From Octopus vulgaris (lineage: Eukaryota), in assembly GCA_951406725.2 (NCBI GenBank), contig OX597819.1:69502001-69566000 (forward strand): a DNA stretch of 64,000 bases, in the 5' to 3' direction. Each line of letters starts with the position of its first letter. The stretch's first letter is position 1. Shown one piece after another: positions 42,565 to 55,917 of the stretch. The notes under the pieces were generated by a model. The model was not told the DNA's origin. It saw only the letters and a list, made by a program, of their open reading frames with translations, and made no database searches. A program made the position numbers and the translations under genes.

Positions 42565-43190
42565 TAAAATATATTTATGTGAGAGCGTTTCTCAGTCGTT
42601 GCTCTGCAGTAATACCATTCTTTTCATAATGAATTCTCTGTTTGTCTTCCTCTCTCAGCTCTTTCTGTCGTTTCACTCTCACTCTCCCACTTTCTCTCAC
42701 CTGAAGAGCTGAAGTGATTAAAAATACGTATTTTATGCAACAGATAATTAGAGGCGTGATGGAAAACCTGTAGCTCTGTATTGTTTCATATCCGAATTTT
42801 ACGAACCATGTCGGAATGCAGTTACGTGTGGAGGAGTGAGAAAGAGAGGGAAAAAGTGGATACAGGGGATGGAGTGTGTGAGCGGTGGAGGATGCAGGGG
42901 ATTGGTGGGGTGTGAGTGAGTGTAGAGTGGGGAGAGAACGGGGTATAGATGAAAGAGGGAGTCATGAAAGGAGAATAAGTGGTGGAAACAGTGAAGAAAA
43001 CGATGTAATAGGTGAGAAAAAAGATGAATGATAAATAAAAATAGGTACAAGTTCAAAGGAAAAAATGTAGATATGTATATATACATAAATATATAACTAT
43101 ATATATATTTATATTTGTGTGAATATAAATGTACATATATGTATGTATGTATGCATGTATACATGTATATATACATATGTATGTATGTAT

Positions 43191-43235
<45 letters not shown>

Positions 43236-44727
43236 ATCTAAATATATTAGTATATATATATATATATATATATATAGAAAGGGAGAGAGAGAGGGGATAT
43301 ACATACATATGTAAATATATATGCATATATGCTTATATATATATATATATATATATACATATATATGCACATATATACAAATACGTACTAACATACGCAC
43401 ACACACATATATATATGTAAACATGTATCTATATATATATATACATATATATATATATGTATATATATATACATATGTATGTGTGTATATATATATATAT
43501 ATATAGATATAGATAGATATAGATATATATATATACAGAGGGAGAGGGCGGGAGGAAGAGAGTGACTATGAAAATGTGTATTATATTATATACATATATA
43601 TTACGAAACACTTCCCTTATATCTCGACCTTGTGCATATATCAACAATCATTAACATATTAGTGGAGGTGTTGAAGATGCTGGCCTGACATAATAGATAA
43701 ATGTGGAGGCCAAAATTACTTGCACATCGCTGTTAACTTTGTATTCATTCTTCATGGGTCGATAAAATAAAGTAGCTGTTAAGTCTTATGATGTATATAA
43801 TCGAAAATATCAACTACCAAGATATGTTTTTATGCGTATTTTAGCAAATATAATCACAGTTGAGTGTATTCATCGGAATATTATATTTTCTTCTAAACTG
43901 TCTGCAAATATATGTATGCAGAAGCCGAGAGAGCATTGAAGCAGAGATTGTGGAAGATGATAAGTCTGTAAGACTTTTGGATGAGACATCGTCGTTTAAT
44001 ACATTTTAGCAGGCAGTGCTTTTTCACTGTGTTGAAGGATATAAAAGTAGAGTACGGCGCTTCTGTTACTGGAATGGAAGAATGCTACCATAGCCCTCAT
44101 CATTCAGCCATGGATAGCTGTGTTTCGAATCTTATGACTCAAAGTGACCGAAATCGCAACATTTTCTTCAACAGGATACCAGAGAGTCGTAGGGTTACTC
44201 AGTGGAGCAACACAAAATGGAGTGTTTTGCTCAAGAAAATCAGGCACTACCCCGTCAAAGAGTTGAAGACAATATCGTCCAATTGTGAGTGAAATACAAT
44301 TACCAGACAGTCTAACACCTTTGCTGAAGTAAATTCAATGAAGAATGTATGCTAGTGTATAAAATACTATACAACATAAAACAGCTATACAAGTGTTAGG
44401 CTAAAAAGCGAATCGTTTTTTTTAAACTGGAAATATAAGGAGTTCAAAAGAACTACTTCAGGGCCTAAGTCTCATGAATAACAACAAAATGTACACAAGG
44501 GTCACCCAAAATTCTATTCCAGTTACTCAATTAACCATAAATGCTATACATTAAATATGCGTGTGTGTGTGTGTGTGTCTTTGTATCTCTGTTCACCTAC
44601 TTTCGCTAGATAACCTGTTTTAATGTGTTTAGGTCCCCATAATTTAGCGCTCGACAGAAAAGGCACTGAGAATAAGATTGAAAAATATATAAGTACTGAG
44701 ATCGATTTTGTTCGTCATACACTCGTT

Positions 44728-44787
<60 letters not shown>

Positions 44788-44831
44788 GTATGTATATACA
44801 TGTATATATGTATACAGACGAAGAGGGATAG

Positions 44832-44906
<75 letters not shown>

Positions 44907-45123
44907 TAGCCATGCATATACATCTTGATAGAAGTATAGCTGAAATAGTGATGATATTTGGCCGAGAGCCGATGAGGGATGAGCGTGTTCACGTCCATTG
45001 TGGCTGCTTTTCCATTTTTCTGTACGCCCCTTTAACGCCCCCCGTCACTGTCAGATACACACATATACAAAAAGATCACCAGTTCCTGAGTTCGATTCTC
45101 CGACTAAGCGGCGCGTGATTACG

Positions 45124-45179
<56 letters not shown>

Positions 45180-45239
45180 TATTAGTCGTTTCCTACATAT
45201 ATATATATGTATATATCGCCATGATTCACTGCTTGCTAC

Positions 45240-45402
45240 TAAAGATTTCTCTTTTTATTCTCTCTGTTTATTTCCTCGTGTACCATTCCGTTGAAGAGCG
45301 TAGGCTCGAAACATAAAATACTTTTTCACCTTCACATTAAACTAATACATCGGTTTGTTTTCTACACCACCTGCCTTCGTTTTTTGTTATTTTAGTAAAT
45401 TC
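45240..45402 (+). mobile_element. Penelope terminal-region fragment related to 21940-22107
   Basis: CCGTTGAAGAGCGTAGGCTCGAAACATAAAA and shared tail. Confidence 0.7.
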
Positions 45403-45404
45403 CA

Positions 45405-45710
45405 TCTCGTCCTTAGTCGAAAGACACCTGTTGTTATATCCTGTTATTTGTATTTCTGTAAACTTCTCCGTTTTTTTACGTCCTTGTTTTTATATTCATT
45501 GGCTGCTTTGTTCCAAGGAATCTAATGCTCTTAGGTTAGTTTTTCCTTGGGGCTGACCAGATTGGAGCAATCTCGAGTACAACCAGCCGGCTGAGGAAAG
45601 AAAACTCCGAATGACCCGTCCTTGTTTTCTTTGTATTGTCTATCTGGATGTTGCTCCTTTCTTGTATCACCTAACTGTCTTGATGATTTGCGTTCTTGTC
45701 CCATTTCGTA
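45405..45710. repeat. Dispersed repeat, same family as 62622-63310
   Basis: TCGTCCTTAGTCGAAAGACAC..GGAATCTAATGCTCTTAG..CTCCGAATGACCCGTCCTTG. Confidence 0.8.
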
Positions 45711-45759
45711 TACACACACACATATATATATATGTGTGTATGTATATATTTGAGTGTTT

Positions 45760-45965
45760 GTTTGGGTGTTTGTCCCCGCACCTTGACATCACAACCGATC
45801 TTGGTGTGTTTACATCCCCGTAACATAGCGGTTCAATGAAAAAGACCAATAGAATAAGTACCACGCTTACAAAGAATAAGTCCAGGGGTCGATTTCTTCG
45901 ACTCAAACGCGGTCCTTCAGCATGACAACAGTCAAAATGACTGAAACATGTAAAAGAATAAAAGA
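45760..45965 (+). mobile_element. SINE family B, 3' half
   Basis: Family B tail. Confidence 0.8.
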
Positions 45966-46201
45966 ATATATATATGTGTGCGTGTGTGTGTGTATGTGTA
46001 TATGCATATATATGCATGCATGTTTGTGTATACGCGTTTGTATGAATGGTTATATGCATATTTGTATATATACATATATACAGTTTGAATACCGGTTTTA
46101 AGTGAGAAGCTCCGATGAAAGTCACCTTTTGTAAACTTCGAATTATTAAATCTGAAAAATTATCAAAGCCATTTCTAATCATTTTTTCAAATACACACAT
46201 A

Positions 46202-46292
<91 letters not shown>

Positions 46293-46309
46293 CACACACA
46301 CACGCATAA

Positions 46310-46525
46310 ATATATAGTAAATTTAAAAAAACGAAGAAAAAACACACAAAGCAACAACACGAGGATGTGGTACATGTAAAGTATTAGCAGACGCTCAGGG
46401 AAGGAAAGAAAAGTGGTTTTACGTTTCGAGAAAAGCTCTTCGTCAGAAAAAGGAGACAGAGGAAAGTCCAATAGAAAAGGAAGGCGAAGGGGAAAAATCG
46501 CCAACCATTCACTTGTGGTTACAAA
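46310..46525 (-). mobile_element. Penelope-type terminal fragment with HHR core CUGACGA
   Basis: Reverse complement of 46417-46450: TTTT-CTGACGA-A-GAG CTTTT CTC-GAAA-CG-TA-AAA. Confidence 0.65.
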
Positions 46526-46989
46526 GTAAGTATGTATGTATGTATGTATGTATGTATGTATGTATGTATGTATGTATGTATGCATGTATGTATGTATGTA
46601 TGTATGTATGTATGTATGTATGTATGTATGTATGTATGTATGTATGTATGTATGCATGTGTGATACATATGAAATATAATATGCCCATGTCTGCTTCTCA
46701 CAAACTTTCTTTAAGTCATCTTTCTGTCATTTGAGTTCTCGGATAAATTCTTTAGCGTTTTCTTCTTGGCAGTTAATCATCATATATATATGAGAAATTC
46801 ATTCAGCTTTCAAACATTATAAAATCAAACTGCAGAGAATAAACAGAGCTACAACAAATCAGAAAATAGCGCGATGAAAATACTTGAAATATGTTTTCAT
46901 TTTAAGTCAAATAACATTGGAAAGTATTAAAATAAAGCAAAACAATTTGGCTTAAATCTTTGAGCCAAAGATATAGAGTAATAGTACCA

Positions 46990-47312
46990 AATAGTAAAGC
47001 TTATACACCAACAGAACGTGGTATTCCTATAAAGGATGGTGTCACTGTGGTTTTAACCTCAGGACATTATCGTTTCCAGCTGGCTATCGTATAACATTTG
47101 CAAGGGAGATTATCCCTCCCATCTCTAGACTTACGTGAGTGTATCACGTAAGGCCAGAGACGGGAGCGATGACCTCCCTTGGAAATGCTATATACGGACA
47201 CAAACTGTGTGTCGATTTGCAGCTGGGAAAGATGTTTTCCTGGAGCTAAAACAGTAGTAGCATCGTCCTTTATAAGTTTACCGCATTCTGTTGGTATATA
47301 AGCTTTACTATT
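46990..47312. mobile_element. 323-bp fold-back (palindromic MITE-like) element
   Basis: AATAGTAAAGCTTATACACCAACAGAA.. pairs with ..TTCTGTTGGTATATAAGCTTTACTATT; pairing continues to centre CTTACGTGA-GTGTA-TCACGTAAG near 47141. Confidence 0.8.
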
Positions 47313-47846
47313 AAAATAAAATTGGGGGAAAAGAAAAACGAACGAATTTATCTGACAACGTTTGTGCATAGTGTGAAAATTATATCATTATTTCACAGTC
47401 GTTAAACGTTATTTGGCGTAGAACTTTCCGTGAAGTATTCCGAAATTTTAAGAAATGTTGCTGCTTTGTAATTAATGGAATCTACCAACTAAAAGAAGCG
47501 TCTTGAATAATTAAATATTTTCTGATTAAATGTTATTTCGTCTCACTGATGAGACTGTTAATTCAATCAAGACTTTCGAAAGTGTGAAAGAAACTGTTAT
47601 ATATACACTGTGTATACGGCGGAAAGTGTAAGATAAAATAACTAATCAGGTCAGCGAGATAATAAAGTACTCGAGGCAAATTTATGTTGACTTTATAAAT
47701 TGTGCTTATATTTAAAATATTGCTACATTTTTCAAATTTTGTTTCCGTCTCGTTTGCCATTATTTGGTATGATAGCGACGTGTCTGCTTATAGTCGCTGC
47801 AGACAGGAAAAAAATGGAAAACAGAAACCTTCATTATAATCACTCA

Positions 47847-47893
<47 letters not shown>

Positions 47894-48053
47894 TTATATA
47901 TCGTCAGGGAATCATGTAACCAGATCGAAGTAAACTCTATAAGATATAAACCTGCGGCCATTGTAGTCTGACAAAGGCGTCTATAAGGCTAAGCACTTTA
48001 TGGATCCAAAACCATAGATCATTCTAGTACCGACCATATAATAAACCTCCTGG

Positions 48054-48106
<53 letters not shown>

Positions 48107-48244
48107 CATATATATATGCCTGTATATATATATATGTGTGTGCGGCGTGTGTGTGTGTGTATGTATGTATATATAGATAAATAACAAAATATAAATCTTT
48201 ATACTTTCGTCATATATATATATGTATATGTATGTGTGTGTGTC

Positions 48245-48285
<41 letters not shown>

Positions 48286-48663
48286 TAAGTTGGTATGGCT
48301 GTTATTTTACTTGCAGAATAGTTTTAATTATTTATTTCTACATGTGTATCGTATGTGGGTGTGTAATTTCTATTATATGCGTCAGGCATATAGAGCTGAG
48401 GGTATCTGGACAGACCTGTTCAAATAGAAACATGGCGGAGAACCATGGTGTTAACCATGGCGACACAGCCCGTAAACTAGAGAACAACCATGACATTGAA
48501 AGCAATGTCCTCTCCTATACATCACATTTCACGTAGAGGGCTACGTATTTCCCCTATTCATAAAGGTATATGCACATGTTTATGTGTGTAAAGGGAAGGA
48601 ATGCGCATTCAGTGCATTAATACTAGCTTTGAATCACCTTTAAACAATCAGTTTACGGTACAC

Positions 48664-49022
48664 TATTTACATATCTGTCCTCATCTTGTTTGTTGTTAAT
48701 ACGTTTCGGCTGATATACCCTCCAGCCTTTCCCAGGTGTCTTGGGGAAATTTCGAACTTGGGTTTCCATTCATAAGAAAAGAAGCAAACTGGGATATATG
48801 ATATGCGGCCTGCTAGGAAAATATGATACCTAATGATGATAGCTGTCATACTTTAGGAATGAGACGCCCAAGTTCTAAATTTCCCCAAGACACGTGATGA
48901 AGTCTATCGGGTGTATCAGCCCAAACGTTTTGTTAACAACAAACAAGATGAGGACAAATATCCATCAAATGTAAATAATATAAATAGTGTAAATAATTTC
49001 TTATCTCTTAAATATAGAACTG
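48664..49022. mobile_element. Family E fold-back with two degenerate HHR arms
   Basis: 48670-48776 (minus) and 48850-48965 (plus) are inverted copies of the family body. Confidence 0.8.
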
Positions 49023-49261
49023 AATCAGTTTACGGGTTTAATAAACCGTTACTCAGTTGCACAAAGGTACATACGTACGTAGCGTTTGTGTTTATGATCT
49101 CTAGGTTTATATTGTGGTTCTGAGGCATTATTAGTTCGTCGGTATAATTTTACATTAAAGCAATAATATCTGAGGAAGCCCTTCCAGGCAGTGTTGGATG
49201 CAGTGATGCAATTGTACTTTTAGGTACAGAAACTTGCAATTCCATTAGATGCGATTACAAT

Positions 49262-50035
49262 TGTTTCAGGCGATCCGATCAACGGAACAGCCTGCACGTG
49301 AAATTAACGTGCCCTCAAAGTGGTTCTCATCGTGACACAATGTGACAAAGCTGGTCCTTTGAGTTACAAATAGAACTCATTTTTGCCAGCTGAGTGGACT
49401 GGAGCAACGTGAAGTAAACAGCCTTGCTTAACCCATTGCTTGCCATGAGCCCCTTTTGGGGATCTACTAAAACAGTCTCACTGCCAGTTGTTCGTTGTAT
49501 TTAAAGTGAATTGCTTATGTACATTGTATTTACAGAGATTTCTTTAACAAGATTTTATAGTTAAAGTTTGTCATTATTAGCCCTGGTTAATTCTAGAGGA
49601 CATTTTGTGTCATAAATCGAAATGTTTGAAATATAAAAAATATTGACTGTTCTGAAAATGTTCTTTTTTTGTTGTTGTTTGTTTTTGCATTTCTCCTCTA
49701 TATCATTCATTGATATTTCATACACATTCGCATTTGATACTATGGTTAAAAAAAACTAAAATGTTTATTATTGCAATAGAATAGGATAAATATGCTTTTT
49801 TACAGCGATCCCCAGTTGGGACTTTTCGAAAAGTTTATCATAATTTCCAAAATAATTCAGATATGAAGAAAATTTAAATACTATATTGTATTTAACTCCT
49901 AAGTCACCTAGCAAAGCTAAAACATATTATTTTAAAATATTTACCAGTTAAGGATACAATGCGCCCGTGGGGAATCGAACTCCTACACTTACGTTCGTGA
50001 GGCGAATACTCTAACCAGTAACCCACGCGCCTCCA
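49262..50035 (-). mobile_element. SINE family C interrupted by a 516-bp insertion
   Basis: Body ends GCCTTGC-TTAA at 49431 and resumes TTAA-GGATACAATGCG at 49948. Confidence 0.8.
49432..49947. mobile_element. Non-autonomous DNA element with TTAA TSD (piggyBac-like left end CCC)
   Basis: TTAA at 49428-31 and 49948-51 splits the SINE; right end lacks the canonical GGG. Confidence 0.55.
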
Positions 50036-50067
50036 GAAGTAAAGAAACAGAATATTTCACGCCACTG

Positions 50068-50380
50068 GTTCTGAGTTCAAATTCCACCGAGGTCGACTTT
50101 GCTTTTCATCCTTTCGGAGTCGATAAATTAAGTACCAGTTGCGTACTGGAGTTGATCTAATCGACTGACCCCCCCCACTCCAAAATTTCGAGGCTTGTAC
50201 CTGGAGTAGAAAATAATATATCACGTCACTCGTTCTGAGTTCAAATTCCACCGAAGTAGATCTTACCTTTCATCCATTCGTTACCGAGAAATTAAGTACG
50301 AGTTGGGTACTGGGGTCGATCTAATCTACAAGGCCCCTCCCCAAAAATTTCGAGCCTTGTGTCAAGAGTAGAAAAGAATA
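50068..50380 (+). mobile_element. Two tandem partial SINE family A units
   Basis: GTTCTGAGTTCAAATTCCACCGA twice, each ending GAGTAGAAAA.AATATATCACG. Confidence 0.82.
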
Positions 50381-50642
50381 TATCACGCTACTGTGAAAAT
50401 TTGTCTGTTGACTGGGTAAATGTGGGATGAAATGCACTCTAAAATGACGGAACACCTCATACGTGAGAAGGCAGAAAAATCTACAATATATCTGCCTACA
50501 TGCGAAGTTCCAAATCTCGGAGCAGCATGCGCTTCCCCTTGCCTCATCTCTTTTACTGAACAGGTATTTAGTATCTGTCTTTTATTCTTGAATAGAAAAC
50601 GCGTAGCATTCTAGTTAAAGATTTGTACAACACAGTTTACCA

Positions 50643-50706
50643 CATGTATGGTAGGTATCCCTCACAGGTCTACTTCCAGGTTTGTGAAGGGTACCTACCA
50701 TACATG
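50643..50706 (+). ncRNA. Pre-miRNA-like hairpin candidate
   Basis: 29-bp stem CATGTATGGTAGGTATCCCTCACAGGTCT / AGGTTTGTGAAGGGTACCTACCATACATG, 4 G-U pairs and 1 mismatch on + strand, 6-nt loop. Confidence 0.35.
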
Positions 50707-51184
50707 ACTTTCGGCTGCTATGGTCAGTATTTTTCCTCAAAATCTCTATTTATGTGGATCAGCCGCGCACTCAGATGATTTGTACCGCTGTTCTTTGCCT
50801 AAAGAGTGCTTGAAGAACCGACATCGCTGCTGTGTATATAAGTAATGTAACACTCAGGAAGTGTTGTCTAAGCGTAAAAATAGAGGGTTGTCAGGACTGA
50901 TCTTATGCGCCTGCCTCTACTGCTCCGTTTAACATAGATTTTGTCACAGTCGCAAGTTACTAGACATTGTTAATATCTTTCTAATTCTGTTGTCTACATT
51001 GCAGATTTCTTCGAATCTTAAGTCTAATATCCTAAATATTGATACCAGCACCAGCATTAGGAGCCTTTGTTGGATATGGTTTTATTGAAAGCAGGCAGTT
51101 ATCACTTCCATACTTTAGAAAATGGGCTGGAATATCCCTTTCTAAATCTAGCTTTAATCACAGCGACAACATACATGCATGCAT

Positions 51185-51292
51185 GTCATTATTCAGTTTT
51201 ATTTCAAGATTTCTTGTCAACAGAGAAAGGGCCGGTTTCTAACCGAGATCCAAGTCTCCTTCATTGGAATTTCAACATCAACAACAGGGTAT
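51185..51292 (-). mobile_element. 3' UTR fragment of the R4/Dong-like family
   Basis: Reverse complement TTGTTGATGTTGAAATT..CTTGGAT..CTTTCTCT..TTGAAATAAAACTGAATAATGA matches 26200-26287. Confidence 0.7.
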
Positions 51293-51736
51293 GTATGTGT
51301 GTATGTATGCATGCATGCATGTATGTATGTATGCATGTATGTATGTTTGTATGTATGTATGTATGCATGCATGCATGTATGTATATATGTATGCATGTAT
51401 GTATGTATGTATGTATGTATGTATGTATGTTTTTTATGTATGTGTAGTTCTATGCTTCTGGAAGAGTTTAGAGATGTTCAGACTAAACTACATTGAAGTG
51501 CATTATTACAAGGCGGCGGCATTGAACAGCCATCCTAGAGGTCATGGACGGAAAGGCAGACATGCCACTAACAAAGTGTCAGCAAAGAGAAACGGCAGTC
51601 GTATGTGACGATAGATCAATCACAATGCATGCTTAGTGTAAGGTGCAGGTGTGTTTGTTTGAATAAGTTTCTATGTGAATGCGTATAAGGATACGGAATA
51701 AATTCGCATCTAAGCGAGTCTATAAAGATATGTGCG

Positions 51737-51773
<37 letters not shown>

Positions 51774-51902
51774 ATATAAGTGTTTGTGTGTGTGACTATA
51801 CATACATATATATATATGTGTGTGTGTATGTATGTATGTATGTACGCACGTACATATTTCTTTTGGACACACACACACACATATATAAATATATAGTTAT
51901 AT

Positions 51903-52020
<118 letters not shown>

Positions 52021-52621
52021 GTATATACATATATATATAGTCCAGCTTGATCGTTATTTATAAAAACGATCTCCCATATTTTCTTACTGGTCCTTTATGT
52101 TTCATTTGGATCAATAAAGTTCTAAGGTCCATCGATGTTTCAAACCACAGCCATCTTTATCTTTTGGATAAAATACTTTGAGTGGCAGTTCGTGTTAAAA
52201 CCGTCTTCGTTTCAGACAAGAAATAAATGGGAACACATTTATATCTTGCTACGCCGCTGGATATTACAGAATTGAAAATGGTTTGATCGTTGGCCTCGAC
52301 TTTCAGCATTCACGAAATATTTTAGCATTTACTGACTGTTATCAGTTAGTGAACGAAATGTGTTACGTGTGCCTGCGTACCTGCCTACCTGCGTGAATGT
52401 GTGTGTGTGTGTGTATGTGTGTGTGAGCGTCTGTGCATGTATGTGTGTGTGTGTGTGTGTGTGTTGAATTTAGAGTTATAGTTTTTGCTATTGTGATTAA
52501 TTCAATGGGTAATCTATCTTTAGAAAAGAAATTAACAGTTTATTAGATTGCCACCTTCTCAAAGTATTGCTTTTATGTTTAGCTGCATGTATGTATGTCT
52601 GTCTCTCTGTCTGCATGTATG

Positions 52622-52655
<34 letters not shown>

Positions 52656-52822
52656 TGTATGTATGTATGTATGTATGTATGTATGTATGTATGTATGTAT
52701 GTAGGAATGTGTGTATGTATACGTAGAAGATCTTAATTTAACCGACACGCTACACGCACACAATCGAATGCACTAAGTCACAAACAAACACGGAAGCACA
52801 CAAATGCACACGCATACACAAG

Positions 52823-52867
<45 letters not shown>

Positions 52868-52940
52868 AAACACATATATACACATATATTCATGTATGTG
52901 GAAGCACATATATATATATATATATATATATTCTGTATAA

Positions 52941-53067
52941 AGAAGAAGAAGAAGAAGAAGAAGAAGAAGAAGAAGAAGAAGAAGAAGAAGAAGAAGAAGA
53001 AGAAGAAGAAGAAGAAAAACAACAACAACAACAACGGTAATAGCAGCAGCAACAGCAGCAGCAGCAG
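52941..53067. repeat. (GAA)n-(CAA)n-(CAG)n compound microsatellite
   Basis: Direct reading. Confidence 0.95.
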
Positions 53068-53354
53068 TTTGCTGTGCTGTACGTGTCCATGATAGGACAA
53101 TTTGTTAAGATTTCATTTTTGGAAATGAAGCTGGACCTCCGGGGTTTCATTTATACAAAATCTACTGTTCTCGGTTCCATTAATAAAAACTTTTCACTTC
53201 TGCAACAACCTCCCTTTGATATTATATTTCAGCCCGTTGGCTGTCGCAGACCATATATGACTTACCACTGCCGACAGAAGACAAAAGATGTAGAAATAAA
53301 ACTAGTTTTTTTTAGTCGCTCCCATGTCATACTGACACAACGTTTATCCCACTA

Positions 53355-53726
53355 CTAGCACTATCGCCCGGCGTTGCTCGGGTTTGTAAGGGAAATAACT
53401 ATATAAGCATTTTTAGAGAGTTATAGCCAAAAAATAGCAAAAAAATGCATAAAATTTTTTTTTTAAATCGTTGACACATCGTAGATATTTTTAGAGAGTT
53501 ACTTCCCTTATATAAAAGCGAAAAAAATGCATTAAAATGGAAAAATATGATGGTAAATTTTTTAAATCGTAGACTCATCGTAGACGCACGCTAATACCCA
53601 GAAGGGCTCGATATGAATCACGACTATAAGATACCCGCTTTTGGTTAAACTGCACCGCAAAATGTGGGAGTAGTTAGGAATCTAAATCGTAGGAGACAGA
53701 CACACAACTTCACTCTTATATAAAGA
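53355..53726 (-). mobile_element. Non-autonomous Helitron, apparently complete
   Basis: Minus strand A|TC at 53726, CTAG|T at 53355, subterminal hairpin CCCG-GCGTTGCT-CGGG at 53367-82, no TSD. Confidence 0.8.
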
Positions 53727-54354
53727 TGCTTTTTTTTTCAGTCATAGAGTTAGATTTATGAAGGTCTTCAGTAGAAAATCCTTCGAATTCTGACTCGCTG
53801 CTTGATATAATGAAATTCGTATCCCTTTTGTGTCAGAATTACAAATTTTGAAAACACAATAGGAACAAATTTCGGAAAAAAATCTCCCATAATTCACGGA
53901 ATTAAAATTACACTTCGATTTTTGTACAAATCTGTAGTTGAAGTGTTTACGAAGTATAATACGTGTTTTCACGAATGTACTAAAGAGATTTGCTCTGATA
54001 TTCTCATTTAAATATGAATAGGTAAATTCGGGCGGCTTGGTAACTATATATAAGTGTCGACTGTTTATACATAAACACTGTTTCATACTGCAATTATATA
54101 TACATATATCTATATATAATATTATATAATAAAATATATACAGAGTAAAATAAAAACCAATTTACCTTTTCTGTCCGTCCGTGTGTCTTTGCAAATGTGT
54201 TGGAATGATAAGTGAGTTGAGTTTTGGCGCCTTTTTTACTAATAACAAACACACACGTGTTTGTATGTAGTTGTATGTAGTTGTATATGTATGTGTATGC
54301 GTGTGTGTGAGGAATGACACACACACACTCACGCACGCACACATGTACATCAAT

Positions 54355-54879
54355 GCTTTCGGAGTGATATGTTAAAATATTGAGTTTTCTCGAATTTTGT
54401 CTTAATTGGTGTTAAAATTGAAAGAATTTTTTTATGGCATCACCCACTGAAGTACTCTGAAAAATCTTAGGTAAATTCTAATTGAATAAATTGTGTGAGG
54501 AGTAAATGGTTATGTATTTATTTGTTTCTGTTTGCTGTGTTTTTTTATTTTTTGAGTAGTGGTTTAAATACTTTCAGTTTAGTCTTCCTCAAATCACTCT
54601 GTCGCTATTTACTTTCATTTTATTCGTTGCACACTGTGTGTGTGCGTTTGCGTGTGGTGTAAACCAGACTAAGAAAAGCATTTGACACACACACCAGAAT
54701 GTGAGTTTTCTGTAAATTTTGCTTAATTGGAGTTTAAATTTTAAAAACTGGACCTGGCATGACGCGATGCATTCTACTCTTAAAAATGCCAGGTAAATTG
54801 TAATTGAATAAATCCTATATTGTAGATTTGTATAACTCCCAAAGGGAGGCAGATAAAATCTGCCTTTTATAATAAGAGA
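54355..54879 (-). mobile_element. Helitron-like element, 5' part (3' end not located)
   Basis: Minus-strand start A|TCTCTTATTATAAAAG; hairpin AGGCAGAT-AAA-ATCTGCCT; internal ~110-bp diverged duplication (54381-54490 vs 54702-54812). Confidence 0.5.
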
Positions 54880-55620
54880 TTTAATTCAGCGTCGTTTGGG
54901 TGACTTCTACTGCATGTACAAAAGAAAACGTGTTCTTCTAAGAGCTCTAAAAACATTCGGCCTTCGATGTACATATACGTACTCGGTGTATAATTCACTT
55001 GTTTTTAAGCTGCTATAAATGATTTCATGTTAGGGAAATAGACATACCATTCTTTCACCACTTGTCGGTTGAATATTCCAATTACTGCAGTGTTGTGACG
55101 GGAGAGTTTTGGCCAGACGGACCATCGGTTTCCTACCTGCTGTTAATTTTTAAAGTTTAAGTGAACAGGGAATCAGATCACTTTCTTGCGTATATTCTGT
55201 AAAACTTTGGTCTGCGTATGTGGGGTCTAGATCTGATCTTAGAAACATTATTTAGGAGAAATCTAGTAGGAATCGTGAATTATAAATTTAGAAAGGGGTG
55301 GATTGGAGATCCTAGGCTGTACAGTAGAATATTGAAGCCGATATTGATAAAAGGTTTTAATGGTCTTCAGAAAAAGTTTAACGTATGGCTATCGTAATAG
55401 AGTGACGCCGCTACACCATCATCTCCGTATAGAATGGAGGATTGGCAAGCGCATATGTTTCTACGGATGCCATATAAGTAGCAAATGACACTAATGTCAT
55501 ATATGTCATACAGACGTCGAGAAATTCTAGTGTAATGCGTATATACATGCATACATACATACATACATACATACATACATACATACATACATACATACAT
55601 ACATACATACATAAACCCAC

Positions 55621-55917
55621 AGTGTGGAAGAAGCCATAGCCACTCATTGTAAAAAAGAGTACTGGCGGAATGTTCCAATGAAGACCCCAATCAAATGTAA
55701 GCACAACAGACCTGATATAATGATTTGAGATAGAGAACAGAAACTGTGCACAGTTGGGGAAATAAGCTGCCCAGCGCATGTTAACATAAAGCTGATGATC
55801 AGTGGAAAAGAGAATACCTACGCTGAACTATTGAGTATTCTGTAGTTACACCATTTAGATTGCAAGTTCAGGTTTATACCTGTAGTTATTGGGGTTCTGA
55901 GATATGTAACACGCTGT
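55621..55917 (+). mobile_element. R4/Dong-like REL endonuclease remnant
   Basis: Single frame with two stops: EYWRNVPMKT..KHNRPDIMI*DREQKLCTVGEISCP..KENTYAELL..RFIPVVIG; family 3' end reappears at ~56127-56152. Confidence 0.82.

Noticed and set aside
47541-47590. CTGATGA..GAAA hammerhead-like spacing
   Set aside because: No valid NUH after GAAA and stems pair poorly
51225-51270. Minus-strand CCAATGA..GAAACCGG in the Dong-like 3' UTR
   Set aside because: Two core mismatches and no NUH; resemblance to an HHR is not supportable
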